From NCBI GenBank assembly GCA_964016885.1, contig OZ024745.1:83514001-83578000 (forward strand): a DNA stretch of 64,000 nucleotides, given 5' to 3'. A model generated the notes under the pieces. That model was not told the DNA's origin. It worked only from the letters and a program-made list of their open reading frames with translations, and ran no database searches. How positions within the stretch are numbered: position 1 is the stretch's first letter; every line of letters starts with the position of its first letter. The stretch is from Eledone cirrhosa (lineage: Eukaryota). This document shows positions 13,360 through 25,947 of this stretch, one piece after another. A program made the position numbers and the translations under genes.

Positions 13360-13400
13360 CGTTGCTGACGTTAGCTAATAAGCTTGAAACTAGTACAGCG
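13360..13400 (+). ncRNA. Minimal hammerhead motif (A9>U variant)
   Basis: CGTTG-CTGACGT-TAGCT aata AGCTT-GAAA-CTAGTA-CAGCG; palindromic ACTAGT stem III, GUA triplet. Consensus with 12864-12904 is CTGACGA. Confidence 0.7.
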
Positions 13401-14026
13401 TTTCTTTGTCAGTGTTGAACAAACGAGCAACGATGGTTGCTAGACACTACGGCTTAATACGGGATGTTTGTTTACAAACACACCGAGCATTATAATAAAT
13501 GTTCGGTGAATCCATACGTACATATATATGCATGTGTGCATGTATGTATATATATATACATACTACTGTACGTCTGTATACATATATGTATGTACGTATA
13601 CATAACTTATAATTAAGTAACAGCCGTACTAAGACTGGGAAATGAAATTTCGTTTCATTTTTTCCGTTTATATATATATATAATAATAAGGGTTGACGCA
13701 CCCAGCATATTTATCAATACCAGTACCGGTTGTATGTCAGCGTACCCCGTGGGCAATGTAAGATACATTACCCAAGTATGCACAAAGTGATTTGCTTCAA
13801 CACAACACACATAAAACTATAAGGGTCCCGGACTCGAGTTTCTGCCGCACTAATGCAGCAGTAAGGTGCACTGCACCATCTGTCTGCATATATTACGCAA
13901 CAATGCACAATCGACTTAGGCGGCTTCATCAGAGGGGTATCGCCTAATCAATAACCAATCGATCGACAGAATCCTAAGACCAGTCTATGCCGGCCATGAC
14001 TGTTTGAGACGACTGACACAGTAAAG

Positions 14027-14060
<34 letters not shown>

Positions 14061-14179
14061 TTATATATAAATATTTATATATGTGTGTGTGTGTGTGTGT
14101 GTGTAATTAAAATTGCAAGGCGAAGAGTGGGTAGCATTTAACAAATTGCAATGATTTTATTCCGGTAATAACTCTGAGT

Positions 14180-14335
14180 GAAGGCATGTGGCTTAGAGGT
14201 TACGGTATTCGGCTCACATGGCTCCAGTCTACTCAGCTTGTAAAGATGAATTGTAACCGTAATTCGAATCTACCAGAGTACTACATTAAAGGTACGGGAA
14301 TCGGTGGAATGTTCATCCACTTGCAGGCTATTTCG
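14180..14335 (+). mobile_element. Degenerate tRNA-type SINE (second family)
   Basis: A-box-like GTGGCTTAGAGGTTA followed by TCCAGTCTACTCAGCT..TAAA; internally deleted. Confidence 0.45.
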
Positions 14336-14594
14336 TTGATCGTATCAGCAGAAACAGTCGTTGTCGTAAGCGATGGAGCGCCAAATTTTTTTTTAACTCT
14401 GAGACCTGAGCAACTTATAGAATTAAAAACTTCCCTTAAGAATTGTGTGTGTACTATGTGTGGGGATACCTGTAAAGAAAGAGTCTGTAATGTTGAACTC
14501 TTCAAGAAATGTGGCATACAGTCGATAGTGAGGTACTAAAGCCAAACGCTGAGCTTACAACTTTGTGTGAATTTCTTCTGTTAATTAATTCTAT

Positions 14595-14646
<52 letters not shown>

Positions 14647-14849
14647 ATACCACCTTATATATATATATTTCGTTTCTGAATTTGTTTAGCAAGATTCTTT
14701 ATCTGAAATCGTGTGTTGAAACCGATATTGTTATACTTTGGGAGGGTCATGTTGCCAATAAGAAACACACGCACCAGTTGCTTTCACTTCAATTTATTAT
14801 ATATTTATAAATTTATAAATTTATAAATTTATAAATTTATAAATTTCTG

Positions 14850-17800
14850 GTTGGTTGGTTGGTTCCACAACCAGATAGTTGTTTATATATAGTCATAGTT
14901 CTTTCGTCACACACTCTCTGACCTCTTCAGTGACTGGGGATTCCTTTCTTTGTTTCTGTGCCTCTCCTTTGTTCTGTCCTACGCCATTTTGTTTCTGTGT
15001 GTGTGTTGTGTGCTCAGTCTGCGCATGCGCCACATCCGGGTGTCAGTGTGTGTTTATGTTCATTTATTTATTTGTTTATTTACATGTTACTGGTTGGTTG
15101 TTTGTTCTATGTGTGTGTGTGTTTTCATTTTGTCCTTAATTGTAAGTTGTGATGTTGCTGTTCCACTCATATTTTCTATTTAATTTTGGTTGTAATTCTT
15201 TTATGTTTATTGCCTCTGTAATTTGTCTAAACATTGCGTCTTTTCTATTTTTATTTCTATGTTCTCTAATTTACCCTTGTGTTCTATCTTAGCATGTTGG
15301 TAGAGTACAGATGATTCTTTATTATCTTGAAGGTCTCGCCAGTGTTCATTTATCCGTTCCCCTACACTACGAGCTGTCTCACGTATGTACACTATATTTT
15401 TGTCTCTACATTGTCCTTCAGTACATCTTATGCTATACACTACATTTCTAGTTTTACAGTTAATATGGGGGCTTATTTTACAGGTTATACATTTCTTATC
15501 TATACATGAGGGTCTTTGAAAAGGGTATGTCTTGCTAATAAGTGTTTTTACGGAGGTACCTGGTCTTTCTACTATCTTATTATTGAGTTTATGTTTATTT
15601 AGGGCCCTTCTAAATTTGTAAGCTAATTGACCTCTAGGGGTTGTATTGATGAACATTACACTCTGGTATTTATTGCTATCATACCATGAGTTTATTCTAT
15701 TAGCCTTGTTCCTAGTTCTTTCTATTCTATTCCAAAATTTGCTCCTATACAAGGGGCAGGTCCCATTTATGTCATTATTTACCATTGTTTCCCATTTGGT
15801 TCTGGCTCCTTTATACACTCTGATTTTATCTCTCTGATTGTAGCCAGAGAACTGCATACGGTGGATGAAGTGTTGTATGTGTCTCTCTAGTTCTTCGGGG
15901 TGGCACATGCGGGACACATTTCTCATCACCCGTACCAAATCCGCAATCAGTATGTTGATTTTGGTATGGTCCGAAATGGCCGAGTTTCGGTGGATCAGAT
16001 GTTTGGAAGTCATGGGTTTGGCATAATGGGAATGGAGGATTTGTTTTTGGTTGTTAATGGTATCTAACCAGAGCTCTGTGTCTAGTACAGGTAATCGATG
16101 GTTGGGGTGTTTACTTGGGTAGTCTATAGTAACTCTAATGCTCTGGTGGATGGAGTTTGCTATTTGCTGGATGCTTTCCATTGTGTTTTTCTCTAGTTCC
16201 TGACTGTTCTCTAGTGGGGGTGTCTTAACTACGATGTTTATATCATCTACGTAGCGGGAGTACATTATCAGGGTTAAGGGGTCTTCTAATTGTTCTTTAA
16301 GTTTAAGTTTAAGTTTAAGTCTACTGTCCCACCATACCATGAATAAGTTAGCTATGTCACCTGCAATGCTAACACCAATGGCTGCTCCTTCCTCTTGGGC
16401 ATATGTTTTTCCATTAAATTTGAACATATGTTCCTTAAGGGTTAGTTTTATGCTGGTCCCTACCGCATGTGCAATCATTTTCTTCAGTTCATCGTGGTTT
16501 TCGGGTGTCCGTATGGCTCTGGTCCACCCGTTCCATCTATCTGTGTGGGTTTTCTTGGCCATTGAGGTAATGGTAGGTGGTCTGCCTCTTGCTGGTCTTG
16601 TAGGGCACAGGTTGCTAAGGTCATATGTGTCTAGGTAACTATTACTATAGGTAATCTTAAGTAGGAGTCCCAGCTCACTGGTATCAATCCCACGGAACTC
16701 AACCTTGCTCTCACTGATCATTTATACGCATTTCCCCACAGCAAAATCCACGTCAATAGATGGATACAGGGACACAACATCCATACTGTCTATTATGCAG
16801 TTTGTTAGGTCCCCAGATCGGTTACTCACGCCGATTCTGCTGAGGAGGTCCTCCGTGCTGTCACATACATCTGGGGACATTTCAATGATGGGGCGTATGA
16901 TCAGGGAGAGGAAGTAGGACAGTCTGTAGTTACTAGCAATGTTAGCTCCACAGACTGGCCGTGTTTGTGGTCCCGCGACAGGGTCACAGCCCGTTTTATG
17001 GTCTTTTCGAAGCCCATACAACGCCGGCACGTCATTGTTCCAGGCCTGGAAGTTGTTGGCAGTCCTTTTGTTGGGCTGCATTATATTCGTCCACATCACC
17101 ATATGGGCATTGAGGGCTTTTTCTCTATCCTCATGCTCCTGTGGTGTTACCTCTCTTGTGTTAGTGATGTGTGTTGCATTGCCTGGATGTAGTTTGGCAG
17201 GCTGTCAACCGACATTCTGCCAGACTTGTCTGTTGGAAAGCATGCTATCTCTCCATTACGTGAGCGCTGCATGAGCTTACGCAAGCCATTTGCAGATTTT
17301 TCTCCCAGCTGCTGGGCCTCCATTCTATTATGCTTCTTGCTATACTGTTCTATAATATTTCTAAGTTCGGATCTAGCTATACTAAATTGTGCTTCTGTTT
17401 GTTCATCGACCTGCGACGGCAATTGCGTGCGTTTGTTAAATGATTTATCGGAGGGATTATAAAACGTAGAGTTCCAGGCTGCTGCTTTATGTGTACTAGT
17501 GCTATTGTTATTGTTAGTTGTGTTGTTTCTATTTCTATTTCCACCAACAGCCTCATGGTTGTTTCTATGTCTCTCATAATTACTCCTGTCTCTTTCCACT
17601 GGCTCATTGTTGTTATCTACCCTATTTTGTGTGTCTGTGTGTTCCTCTTGGTTATTCTCTTTGTCCTTAGTCTCCCTTCTCCTTTTAATCCTATTCCTTT
17701 CCCTTATTTCTGTGATTTCTGTGCTACTGTCATTACTTGTTTTCTGTGTCTGTGTGTTTGTTAAGATTGTGGTGGTGGTGAGAGGCATTGAATGCGTGTG

Positions 17801-18020
17801 TGTTGTTGTTATTGATGTGTGCTATTGTTGATGTGTGTTGTTTTTGTCTCCGTGTGTGTTATTGTTGTTGTGTGTGTTGTTATTGTTGTTTGTGTCTGCG
17901 TGTCTGTTGTTGTTGTTTCTGGGTATGTTGTTATTGTTGTTGTTGTTGATGTGTGTGTTGTTGTTATTGTTATTGGTGCGTGTGTTTCTTATTGGCAACA
18001 TGACCCTCCCAAAGAAAAAC
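14850..18020 (-). mobile_element. Near full-length decayed Penelope-like element (Asn/Thr-rich N-terminus, RT, Cys linker, GIY-YIG)
   Basis: ORFs 17147-17788 (PTDKSGRM), 16722-17102 (PALYGLRKDHK, TRPVC, DVVSLYPSI) and 15207-16721 (YAQEEGAAIG, SRYVDD, LPVLDT, CIDKKCITC, NVVY..VYIRET, ERINEH); hammerhead at the 3' end. Confidence 0.92.
14891..14935 (-). ncRNA. Minimal type I hammerhead in the PLE 3' pseudo-LTR
   Basis: AGTCA-CTGAAGA-G-GTCA gagagtgtg TGAC-GAAA-GAAC-TA-TGACT; perfect stems I and II, CUA triplet. Confidence 0.8.
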
Positions 18021-20732
18021 AATATATATATATATATATATGTGTGTGTGTATGTATGTGTGTGTATATACTACAGCACCTTATATCAGTATCTAAACTA
18101 TAATAAAGTAAGGAGTGCGGGACTGCGTCCTGAATATATATATTTCTTTATCCCGTTTGTAAAATAAGTTGGATTAATTTTAATAAAAATTAATGAATAT
18201 TACATAATTTATCTACTAAATTTCGTTATTCCTTATTAAATGTAAATAATTTTGTGGCTTATTTTAAGATTCACATCTTTAAAATTTACAAATGACAACA
18301 CTTCCGGTTAGCGATCGCTTAAATAAACATTCATATATTTCCGTCACTAGTTTTCTCCTAATGCAGTTCATATATAATAATATATCATGGATTACGTTAC
18401 TGATTACATAAGACAGTGTAACATAGACTTCGTTCAATTTCTGTGGATATTGTCAATCTGTAGATATTGTCAATTACGATTTTATTTGATGTACCATATC
18501 TACATGCATATATACCTAAGGGTGGTTTTCTGCTAGTATATATAAAGAAGATACATAGCCGATCTGAAGACTCTAAGCGTTGACAATATAAAGTTGATTT
18601 AAACACTGCTCTCGTGCTCTGAGATGCTATAAAATAGCTTAGGATCGAAGACAAGATATGGTAAAAATAATTTCTACATGCCGATGGCAACTTTGCTTCC
18701 ATTTTGGATGATGGCTCTATTTTGTAAGCTATATTATAGCAGCTCCATGCGTGAGCACATCACTCTTTAAATTGACTTTATATTCTTAACGCTTATAGAC
18801 CGCGAGATCGGCTATGTAACTTCGTTATATATATCTATATCTATATATATTTATATAAGGTCCTGTATATAATAACTGTAACCACAGTCGATTCTTATGA
18901 ATAATATATTCGAAAAGATTGGGTAAAATACAGTTGCCACTACAAAACATCGAACGCTATATCTCTCAGATAAAGGCTGGGCGATGTAAACCATAGAGCT
19001 AGGAGAAGTGTTATTTTGTATAGTTTTTATCTACTAAATCCACTCACGGGGCTACTGTAGAATACACTTGGCTACGACTTTGCTTAGAAGGATCTAACCC
19101 GAGACCACGAGTTTGTAAAGTGAAATTCTGAACTATATACCATTACCTCCGGCTAAAAAGAAACGTGAATAAATTTTATAACTGGCATTGGAATTCTTCT
19201 GTTTATTCAAGTGTTATTACATGCTTTAACTTATCTATTCGAGATCACTTATATAAATTTCGCTTCATATCGATTTTTCATTCCATCACTTCGAGTTTCG
19301 AATATTAAATTCAAAGTAATTGTTAGAACCCGTGACAAATTAGTATAATTATTTTGTATAACAGAAAGGATATGTGGGTTTAGAAGCTATACTTAATTAA
19401 ATCCTGACATATTTGCAGTGTTGTGCTGTTACTTTGCTTAGTGTTAGTTAGAAGATTCTCTTCTGGGATGAAAACATTTATCTCCTGTAGATATGTTTCG
19501 GTGAACAGCATTGGGATTATACTTTAACTTCCTCAACTAAGACCAAAGATTCAATGGTAGACCGCCTAGGGAAATGAAATCTTAACATACGAGCTGCTGA
19601 ATACAAGCACTTTTACTACAGTAACATCATCTGTAAAACGAACTGCATCTTACGTCAAACAATTTACTGAAATTCTTGTAAGATGAAAATTTACAGTGGA
19701 AAGATTTATTGAGATATCTACTATCACAGTTATCATCAGAATCAATTTTTGCAACATCGCGCGGCAGAATAGACAGAATGCATTCCACCATGAATTAATG
19801 TTATACATCTATAAATACATATCCTATTTATTGTATTCTTGAACACTTACAACATATTCACAATTCAACGTTGTAGACACATTTCAGATTTATCATCGTA
19901 CACGTAGTTATAGAAGCAAGGATATTTTAATGGTCCATTATCGTACTATATACTTTACTTTTTGCTAATATCTCCAATTTTTCAAAATTCTATGTCTCAC
20001 TGTTATATCCTTTCCAGCTGATTGCAGGATCAAATCATACAAGCCAGATGAATTTTTCCAGAGAAGCAGGTGATAGGATTAAATCAATTGTTAATGAGTA
20101 TGAAAGCCAAATCTTTGCTGAATACCTAACACGAATTCTCCATAGCTTTGCATAGATGTTTGTATTTCAACTGCATTTTCTTTATTTCTATAATAGTGTA
20201 TGCTTATAAGTCTTATTTTATTACACAGAATTGTAATTTTTAAAAATTCCTATATTAAAATGGGTCGTCATATTCCATACAATTGCAGCGAGTTGAGCAC
20301 AGGTTAGGCTCTGACCATTTAAGCTAGACACAATATTCGAAAAATAATATCCCAGTCTTCGTTGATGACTAAAATCAATTATTATATCATAAATTTAATA
20401 TTGAGCATATTTTATTACAAGCATCCAATAATTATTGTATCTGAAGTAATAACAATGCATAAGTGGAATGAGGTTAGGTGAATATTCTTCCGTAAACGTC
20501 AGAATTCGTTGCTTCACAGCGTAGTTAATGTTTTTGCTGGAATTCTAAAATCACGTTGAAGATGATTTAAAACTGATGGAATTGCATATTCAAAATATAT
20601 TTAATCTCCTCATATAAATGAGGATTTTGTCTTGCTATACCTACATCCATACATAATGCAATTCCAAAATACGCAACTTTGTGATAACTGATTAAGTTGT
20701 TGCCTTTCACCTATGAAGTTTGATCCTTATTT

Positions 20733-20890
20733 GGACGCCATGCTTTCTAGCATAGTTACGTCGCTTTACAGTCTGAGTTCAAATCCCGCCGAGGTTAACT
20801 TTGGCTTTCTTCCTTACGGGGTCGATAAAATAAAGTACCAGTAATGTACTGGGTAATTGCTGGCCTTGTGCCTAAAATAGAAACAATTAT
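20733..20890 (+). mobile_element. SINE family 1, 5'-truncated
   Basis: Same B-box, core and 3' end as the other copies. Confidence 0.85.
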
Positions 20891-20903
20891 TTTAACATGC
20901 CTT

Positions 20904-21090
20904 GGCGGTGGATTGGCAGTATCGGTAGAGGGTCGGACGCCATGTTTTCCAGCATAGTTACGTCCCTTTACGATCTGAGTTCAAATCCCGCCGAGGCTAA
21001 CTTTGCCTTTCATCCTTACGGGGTCGATAAAATAAAGTACCAGTAATGCATTGGGTAATTGCTGGCCTTGTGCCAAAAGTAGAAACAATT
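20904..21090 (+). mobile_element. SINE family 1, full length, with 15-bp flanking duplication
   Basis: GGCGGTGGATTGGCAGTATCGGTAG (A-box) ... GAGTTCAAATCC (B-box); ATTTTAACATGCCTT at 20889-20903 and 21091-21105. Confidence 0.92.
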
Positions 21091-21989
21091 ATTTTAACAT
21101 GCCTTAAGACATATGCAATCACAATTCCTTCCCTACTATTTATGTTATCTCATATTTATATCAGCAATTGAAAATATTACAATTTTGATATATCATTTTT
21201 ATGTATAGGGTACATTTTTTTTATTATTTCAGAAGATAGGACGTCCCCTATGTCCTCAGTTCTGAATATACTTTAACATGTGTTTTAAATAATTATACAT
21301 TAACGTGTGTTTTTAATGACTATAAAATGCTGGTGAACTGCTTTTGTAGGCTTCCTACAAATATTTGCCTACTGGAAAGCAACCAAGCGTTTGCTTGAAG
21401 CCAGTTCAGTCTGAGTGACACGGGCCGGCATTCTGGTATTTCATATTATCTGTTTAACCTGAATAAGAAGCGCAGAATGCGAATTGGCACAATTGATAGA
21501 TATATATTTCTAGCTGTATGCGTTAGTAGTTCAAATACCACTGACGACAGCTTTCCCATTCATCATTTAGGGGCGGTTTAGAGTGGTCTATCGGTGGAGT
21601 TATTTAGAGCATTTGGGGAGGTGTCTTCCGGCATTTATTCCTGTTCTCTACGTTTTGAGTTCTACGGTTGAAGTTTTATTTCGTTACACGGTTTGTCCTT
21701 GTATGGAAATAGCCGATTTCTCCGTGTTATAAATGTTAGGTTTTCGACTGGAAGATAATATACCTGTTTCTTCCCAACAGTTGTAGAAGGTCTGAAAATA
21801 AGGATTATGTGCACTGCAGTTGATTTACAGTTTTAAAGATACCTCTCTAAGGATAATTACTTACGCATCGGTTTTGTTGTAGCTGAACACCCTCCTTCCC
21901 ATTTGAGTCAATTCGGAACAATACAATATTTATTATCTTTAGAGCTGACGGTGCGATATTTTATATATATATATATATATATATCATAA

Positions 21990-22432
21990 ATCATGTCCTT
22001 AGAATTATTAGATAAAATATATACCATTACCTCTCCCAATTAGCATAATTAACCATATAAAAAAATAATTAGACCAGGCTATAAGAATAAAGGCTCTTAT
22101 GAAGAAATATTTGGTAAATAACCGAAAGCGGCCTCTTCGCGGTGACCCCAATAGAGTAATTACGGTATGTACACGTTTCTTCTAAGTTTAAATTTACACC
22201 TAATTGTGTATGGTTGACGGTATATTTAGTCAGTTTCTACATGCTGTTGAAATGTTGGGTAGATACTCTATTGGGGTCACCGCGAAGAGGCCGCTTTCGG
22301 TTATTTACCAAATATTTCTTCATAGGAGCCTTTATTCTTATAGCCTTGTCTAATTGATTTTTTATATGCTTAATTATGCTAATTGGGAGAGGAAATGGTA
22401 TATATTTTATCTAATAATTCTAAGGACATGAT
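21990..22432. repeat. ~169-bp inverted repeat (21990-22158 / 22264-22432) inside a (TA)n-flanked insert
   Basis: Arms are near-perfect reverse complements with a ~105-bp spacer; the insert continues to ~22530. Confidence 0.9.
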
Positions 22433-22526
22433 ATATTGCTCTGATTATTTAATTTATTAATTCTTCATTGAGCCACAACGTGACCGTTTGCCACATATAT
22501 ATCTGTGACTTTATGTATATGTAAAT

Positions 22527-22599
<73 letters not shown>

Positions 22600-22798
22600 T
22601 ATTAAATTTATTCGTTTGAAAGTCATATTTTCTAATTTTTGCCACATAAATAATTACTTTGGCGAATATCACCTCTGCTGTACCTTTATCGATTCTCCTT
22701 TACTAACTTCATTTCAGGTACTTTATCTACTACTTTATTGAGAATTGGCATATTTCCAGGTTCTTTACATTGTTCAGCATTTCTCAAGTCATCTGCTT

Positions 22799-22870
22799 AA
22801 TAATTGTTTCTACTTTAGGCACAACGCCAGCAATTCACCAGTGCATTACTGGTACTTTATTTTATCGACA
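22799..22870 (-). mobile_element. SINE family 1, 3' fragment
   Basis: AATAATTGTTTCTACTTTAGGCAC...TTTATCGAC. Confidence 0.8.
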
Positions 22871-22984
22871 CGGTAGTTTTTATTTTACGATTATGGTATC
22901 TACCTTGACCTAAATAACAATACCACTGATCTGTAATTTTCTTGTTATAATATTTATGGCGTTAGAGGTTGTCATGTATTTGAC

Positions 22985-23173
22985 TTGGAGGATTGGAATT
23001 ATCGGTAGAGGATCGGACGCCATGCTTTGACGCATAGAGTTATGGTCCTTGCCATTCTGAGTTCAAATCCCACCGAGGTTAACTTTGCCTTTCATCCTTT
23101 CGGGGCCGATAAAATAAAGTACCAGTAATACACTGGGTTTTGCTGGCCTTGTGCCAAATGTAGAAACAATTAT
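22985..23173 (+). mobile_element. SINE family 1
   Basis: A-box, B-box, core and 3' end all recognisable. Confidence 0.88.
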
Positions 23174-23959
23174 TTTACCGGTGGCAGATCCACTTCTTTT
23201 TCCATATTACATTTTGACTCAGAAAGCTGCATTCTTATACAGCCCCAGCATGTCATGCTGAATAGTTCTGGACATATCATGTTTTACTGCATACATCAAG
23301 AATGCCTGATAGAGCGTTTCTTCTTTTATTCTCTTGCTTAATATTCATACCATTAGCTGTTGGAGTGCTAGTGGTAAGCTGTCAGAAACAGAGGTGTTAA
23401 TCTGATCTGCAGATATTATTGCACAATATACGGCCAAATTGTAAACGGTTCAGTTTCCCAATGTTGAATTTCATAAGTGAGTAATTTTAATTTTTGTAAG
23501 TCTAGTTCAACTTCTACTTCGACCTCATTAGTTTAACTCTCAAAATAGATCTTATATTCAATTTGAAACAAGAAATCAAAGTATTGTATTGTATTTTACA
23601 CGAGCCTAACGATCTGCGTGATTGTAGTAACTTAACATTTGTAAAAGAATTTCAGTAGTGTTTGATTTAAGTATTTATCACAAAATTTCTATATTTTAAA
23701 TATTGTTAACGAGAGTAGTAAATTTAATTAAATATATATTTGCTATTTCAAACATAGTGATATAAGATTACTGCCTACAAAGAGATTACTTATAGCATCA
23801 CTATGTAGAACATTACTGATCAATCTAATCTGTTTAATTTGAATGACGAGCATTTGCTTAGTAAAGTAATTAATTATATGAAAAATAATTCATTTCTGAA
23901 GAGACAATTATGATCAGATCAGTCTCTGCCTGCTACTAGTACCATATAACCCAGTACAA

Positions 23960-24260
23960 ACGGATTCATATTCGAATGGTTGGCGACTAAACTGGTTCCC
24001 TCACCAGACCGGGGTTTGGTGAGTAGGGTTAGTAGACCCCCAGCAGTAGAAAAAACAAAAGCTGTTAAAAGGGAAGATGACGTCCTCAGAGTCAACGGCC
24101 ACCAACCCACAATTGGCCAAGTGTGGTGAGTATGGCTACATACTTCAAATGACACAAACCAAACAGAAAGTAATGGAGGTCAACCTGGGAGGGGCTCCCC
24201 TAACATAAGTGAGAAGGCCCTGTATTAAATTGGATTCAATTGGATTGGAAGAGACAATAA
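23960..24260 (+). mobile_element. Possible RTE-type LINE 5'-UTR remnant
   Basis: GC-richer island containing GGGGTTTGGTGAGTAGGGTTAGTAGACCCCC..GTAGAAAAAAC, reminiscent of RTE 5' leaders. Recollection of motif only. Confidence 0.3.
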
Positions 24261-24729
24261 TCTGTGAAACTCGATATGTCCTTCATGTCTCCTCTTCGTG
24301 CAGAATGTAAAGCGGAAAGTATGCTTATGGCTCCTTCATCCCCGACTAAAACATTTAGTTTAGCCACTCTACGTTAAACCTGTTTCTCAATATTTTTAAT
24401 CTATATGGTGTTCTGTATAAATAATAATTAATTTGGTTGCATGACATATACAGGTTATCCCTAAAAAATCTAAACACTTAAACAGCATTCTAATAAATAT
24501 TGCCTGTACAGGCAATCAAAGTGTGTATACATATGAAAATAAAACTAGCGATGTCCGTTAAGTTCTACACCCAACTATAGTCTAATGAATCACTCTGCAA
24601 ATAACGTTATATGAGTAATTATCTTGTTGTGGCCAATAAACTATTTCTAAAACGCGTAAAAGTAGCCTCTTATGTATTTCTGGAATTCTTTTCATATCAA
24701 GACTTCAAATGGAGCTATATTGATATTGA

Positions 24730-24831
<102 letters not shown>

Positions 24832-24839
24832 TCAATATC

Positions 24840-24910
<71 letters not shown>

Positions 24911-25204
24911 CAAATATATATATATATATATTTGTATATGTATATATATATATATATGTGTATATATATAAGTATACATATGTATATATATGTTTGATTG
25001 TGTGTCTGTGTGTGTTTGTGCGTGTGCGTGTTTGTGTGTGAGCATCAATGTTTGCGCTATTCAACGCAGACCCTTTCGTTGATATTTCTAGTTATAGTTT
25101 TCAATATTTACCATGAACATACAAAAATAAATCACCCATTCCTAATAGTTCAACATAGTGGAACATTCATTCTGTAGATACCCAGCCCAACATTTTAATT
25201 ATTA

Positions 25205-25400
25205 GGGCGGTGGATTGGCAGTATCAGTACAGGGTCGGACGCCATTCTTTGCAGCATAGAGTTACGGCCCTTTCTAATCTGAGTAGTTCAAATCCCGCCA
25301 AGGTTAACTTTGCCTTTCATCCTTATGGGAAGTACCAGTCACACACCGGGGTCGATTTAATCGACTTCCCCTTCCCCAAAATTGCTGGCCTTGTGCCTAT
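25205..25400 (+). mobile_element. SINE family 1 (longer 3' variant)
   Basis: Same head and core; extra GGGGTCGATTTAATCGACTTCCCC segment. Confidence 0.85.
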
Positions 25401-25559
25401 ATTTATTACTTCAATTATTGCTTCAATTATTGATTCAATTATTGATTCAAAACCTAATTGCAATAGTTACTTCTTTTATTAAATTTTCAGATATAATGTA
25501 TATTTGTTTTCACAATGGATCGCCAACTCCACCATCATACATTTGAATTGTCTTGCAAA

Positions 25560-25745
25560 TAATTGTTTCTACTTTTGGCACAAGGCCAGCAATTCACCAG
25601 TGTATTACTGGTACTTTATTTTATCGACCCCGTAAGGATGAAAGGCAAAGTTAACCTCGGCGGGATTTGAACTCAGAATCGCAATGGCAGTAACTCTATG
25701 CGGCAAAGCATGGCGTCCGACCCTCTACCGATACTGCCAATCCAA
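25560..25745 (-). mobile_element. SINE family 1
   Basis: Full reverse-complement copy. Confidence 0.9.
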
Positions 25746-25765
25746 ATAATATTATTTATTTATCA

Positions 25766-25947
25766 TTGGCAATATTGGTAGAGGGTCGGACGCCATGCTT
25801 TGACGTATATAGTTACGGCCCTTGCCTGTCTGAGTTCAAATCCCGCCAAGGTTAACTTTGCCTTTCATCCTTACGGGGTCGATAAAATAAAGTACCAGTA
25901 ATGCACTTGTTAATTGCTGGCCTTGTGCCTAACGTAGAAACAATTAT
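25766..25947 (+). mobile_element. SINE family 1 with 17-bp TSD
   Basis: ATTATTTATTTATCATT at 25751-25767 and 25943-25959. Confidence 0.9.

Larger units (their letters stand above)
12655..13670. mobile_element. Non-coding ~430-bp hammerhead-containing monomer: one inverted partial copy plus 1.5 tandem copies (retrozyme / PLE pseudo-LTR-like)
   Basis: 13003-13240 repeats at 13431-13670; 12655-13004 is the reverse complement of ~13260-13610; (TA)n on both sides. Confidence 0.85.

Noticed and set aside
13895-13940. CTGATGA on the minus strand
   Set aside because: No GAAA or stems I/III in register.
20904-20995. tRNA gene
   Set aside because: A/B boxes belong to the SINE head; no complete cloverleaf, and it continues into the SINE core.
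22090-22158. ATGAAGA...GAAA hammerhead-like spacing in the inverted repeat
   Set aside because: Both arms lack C3, and there is no NUH closing stem III.
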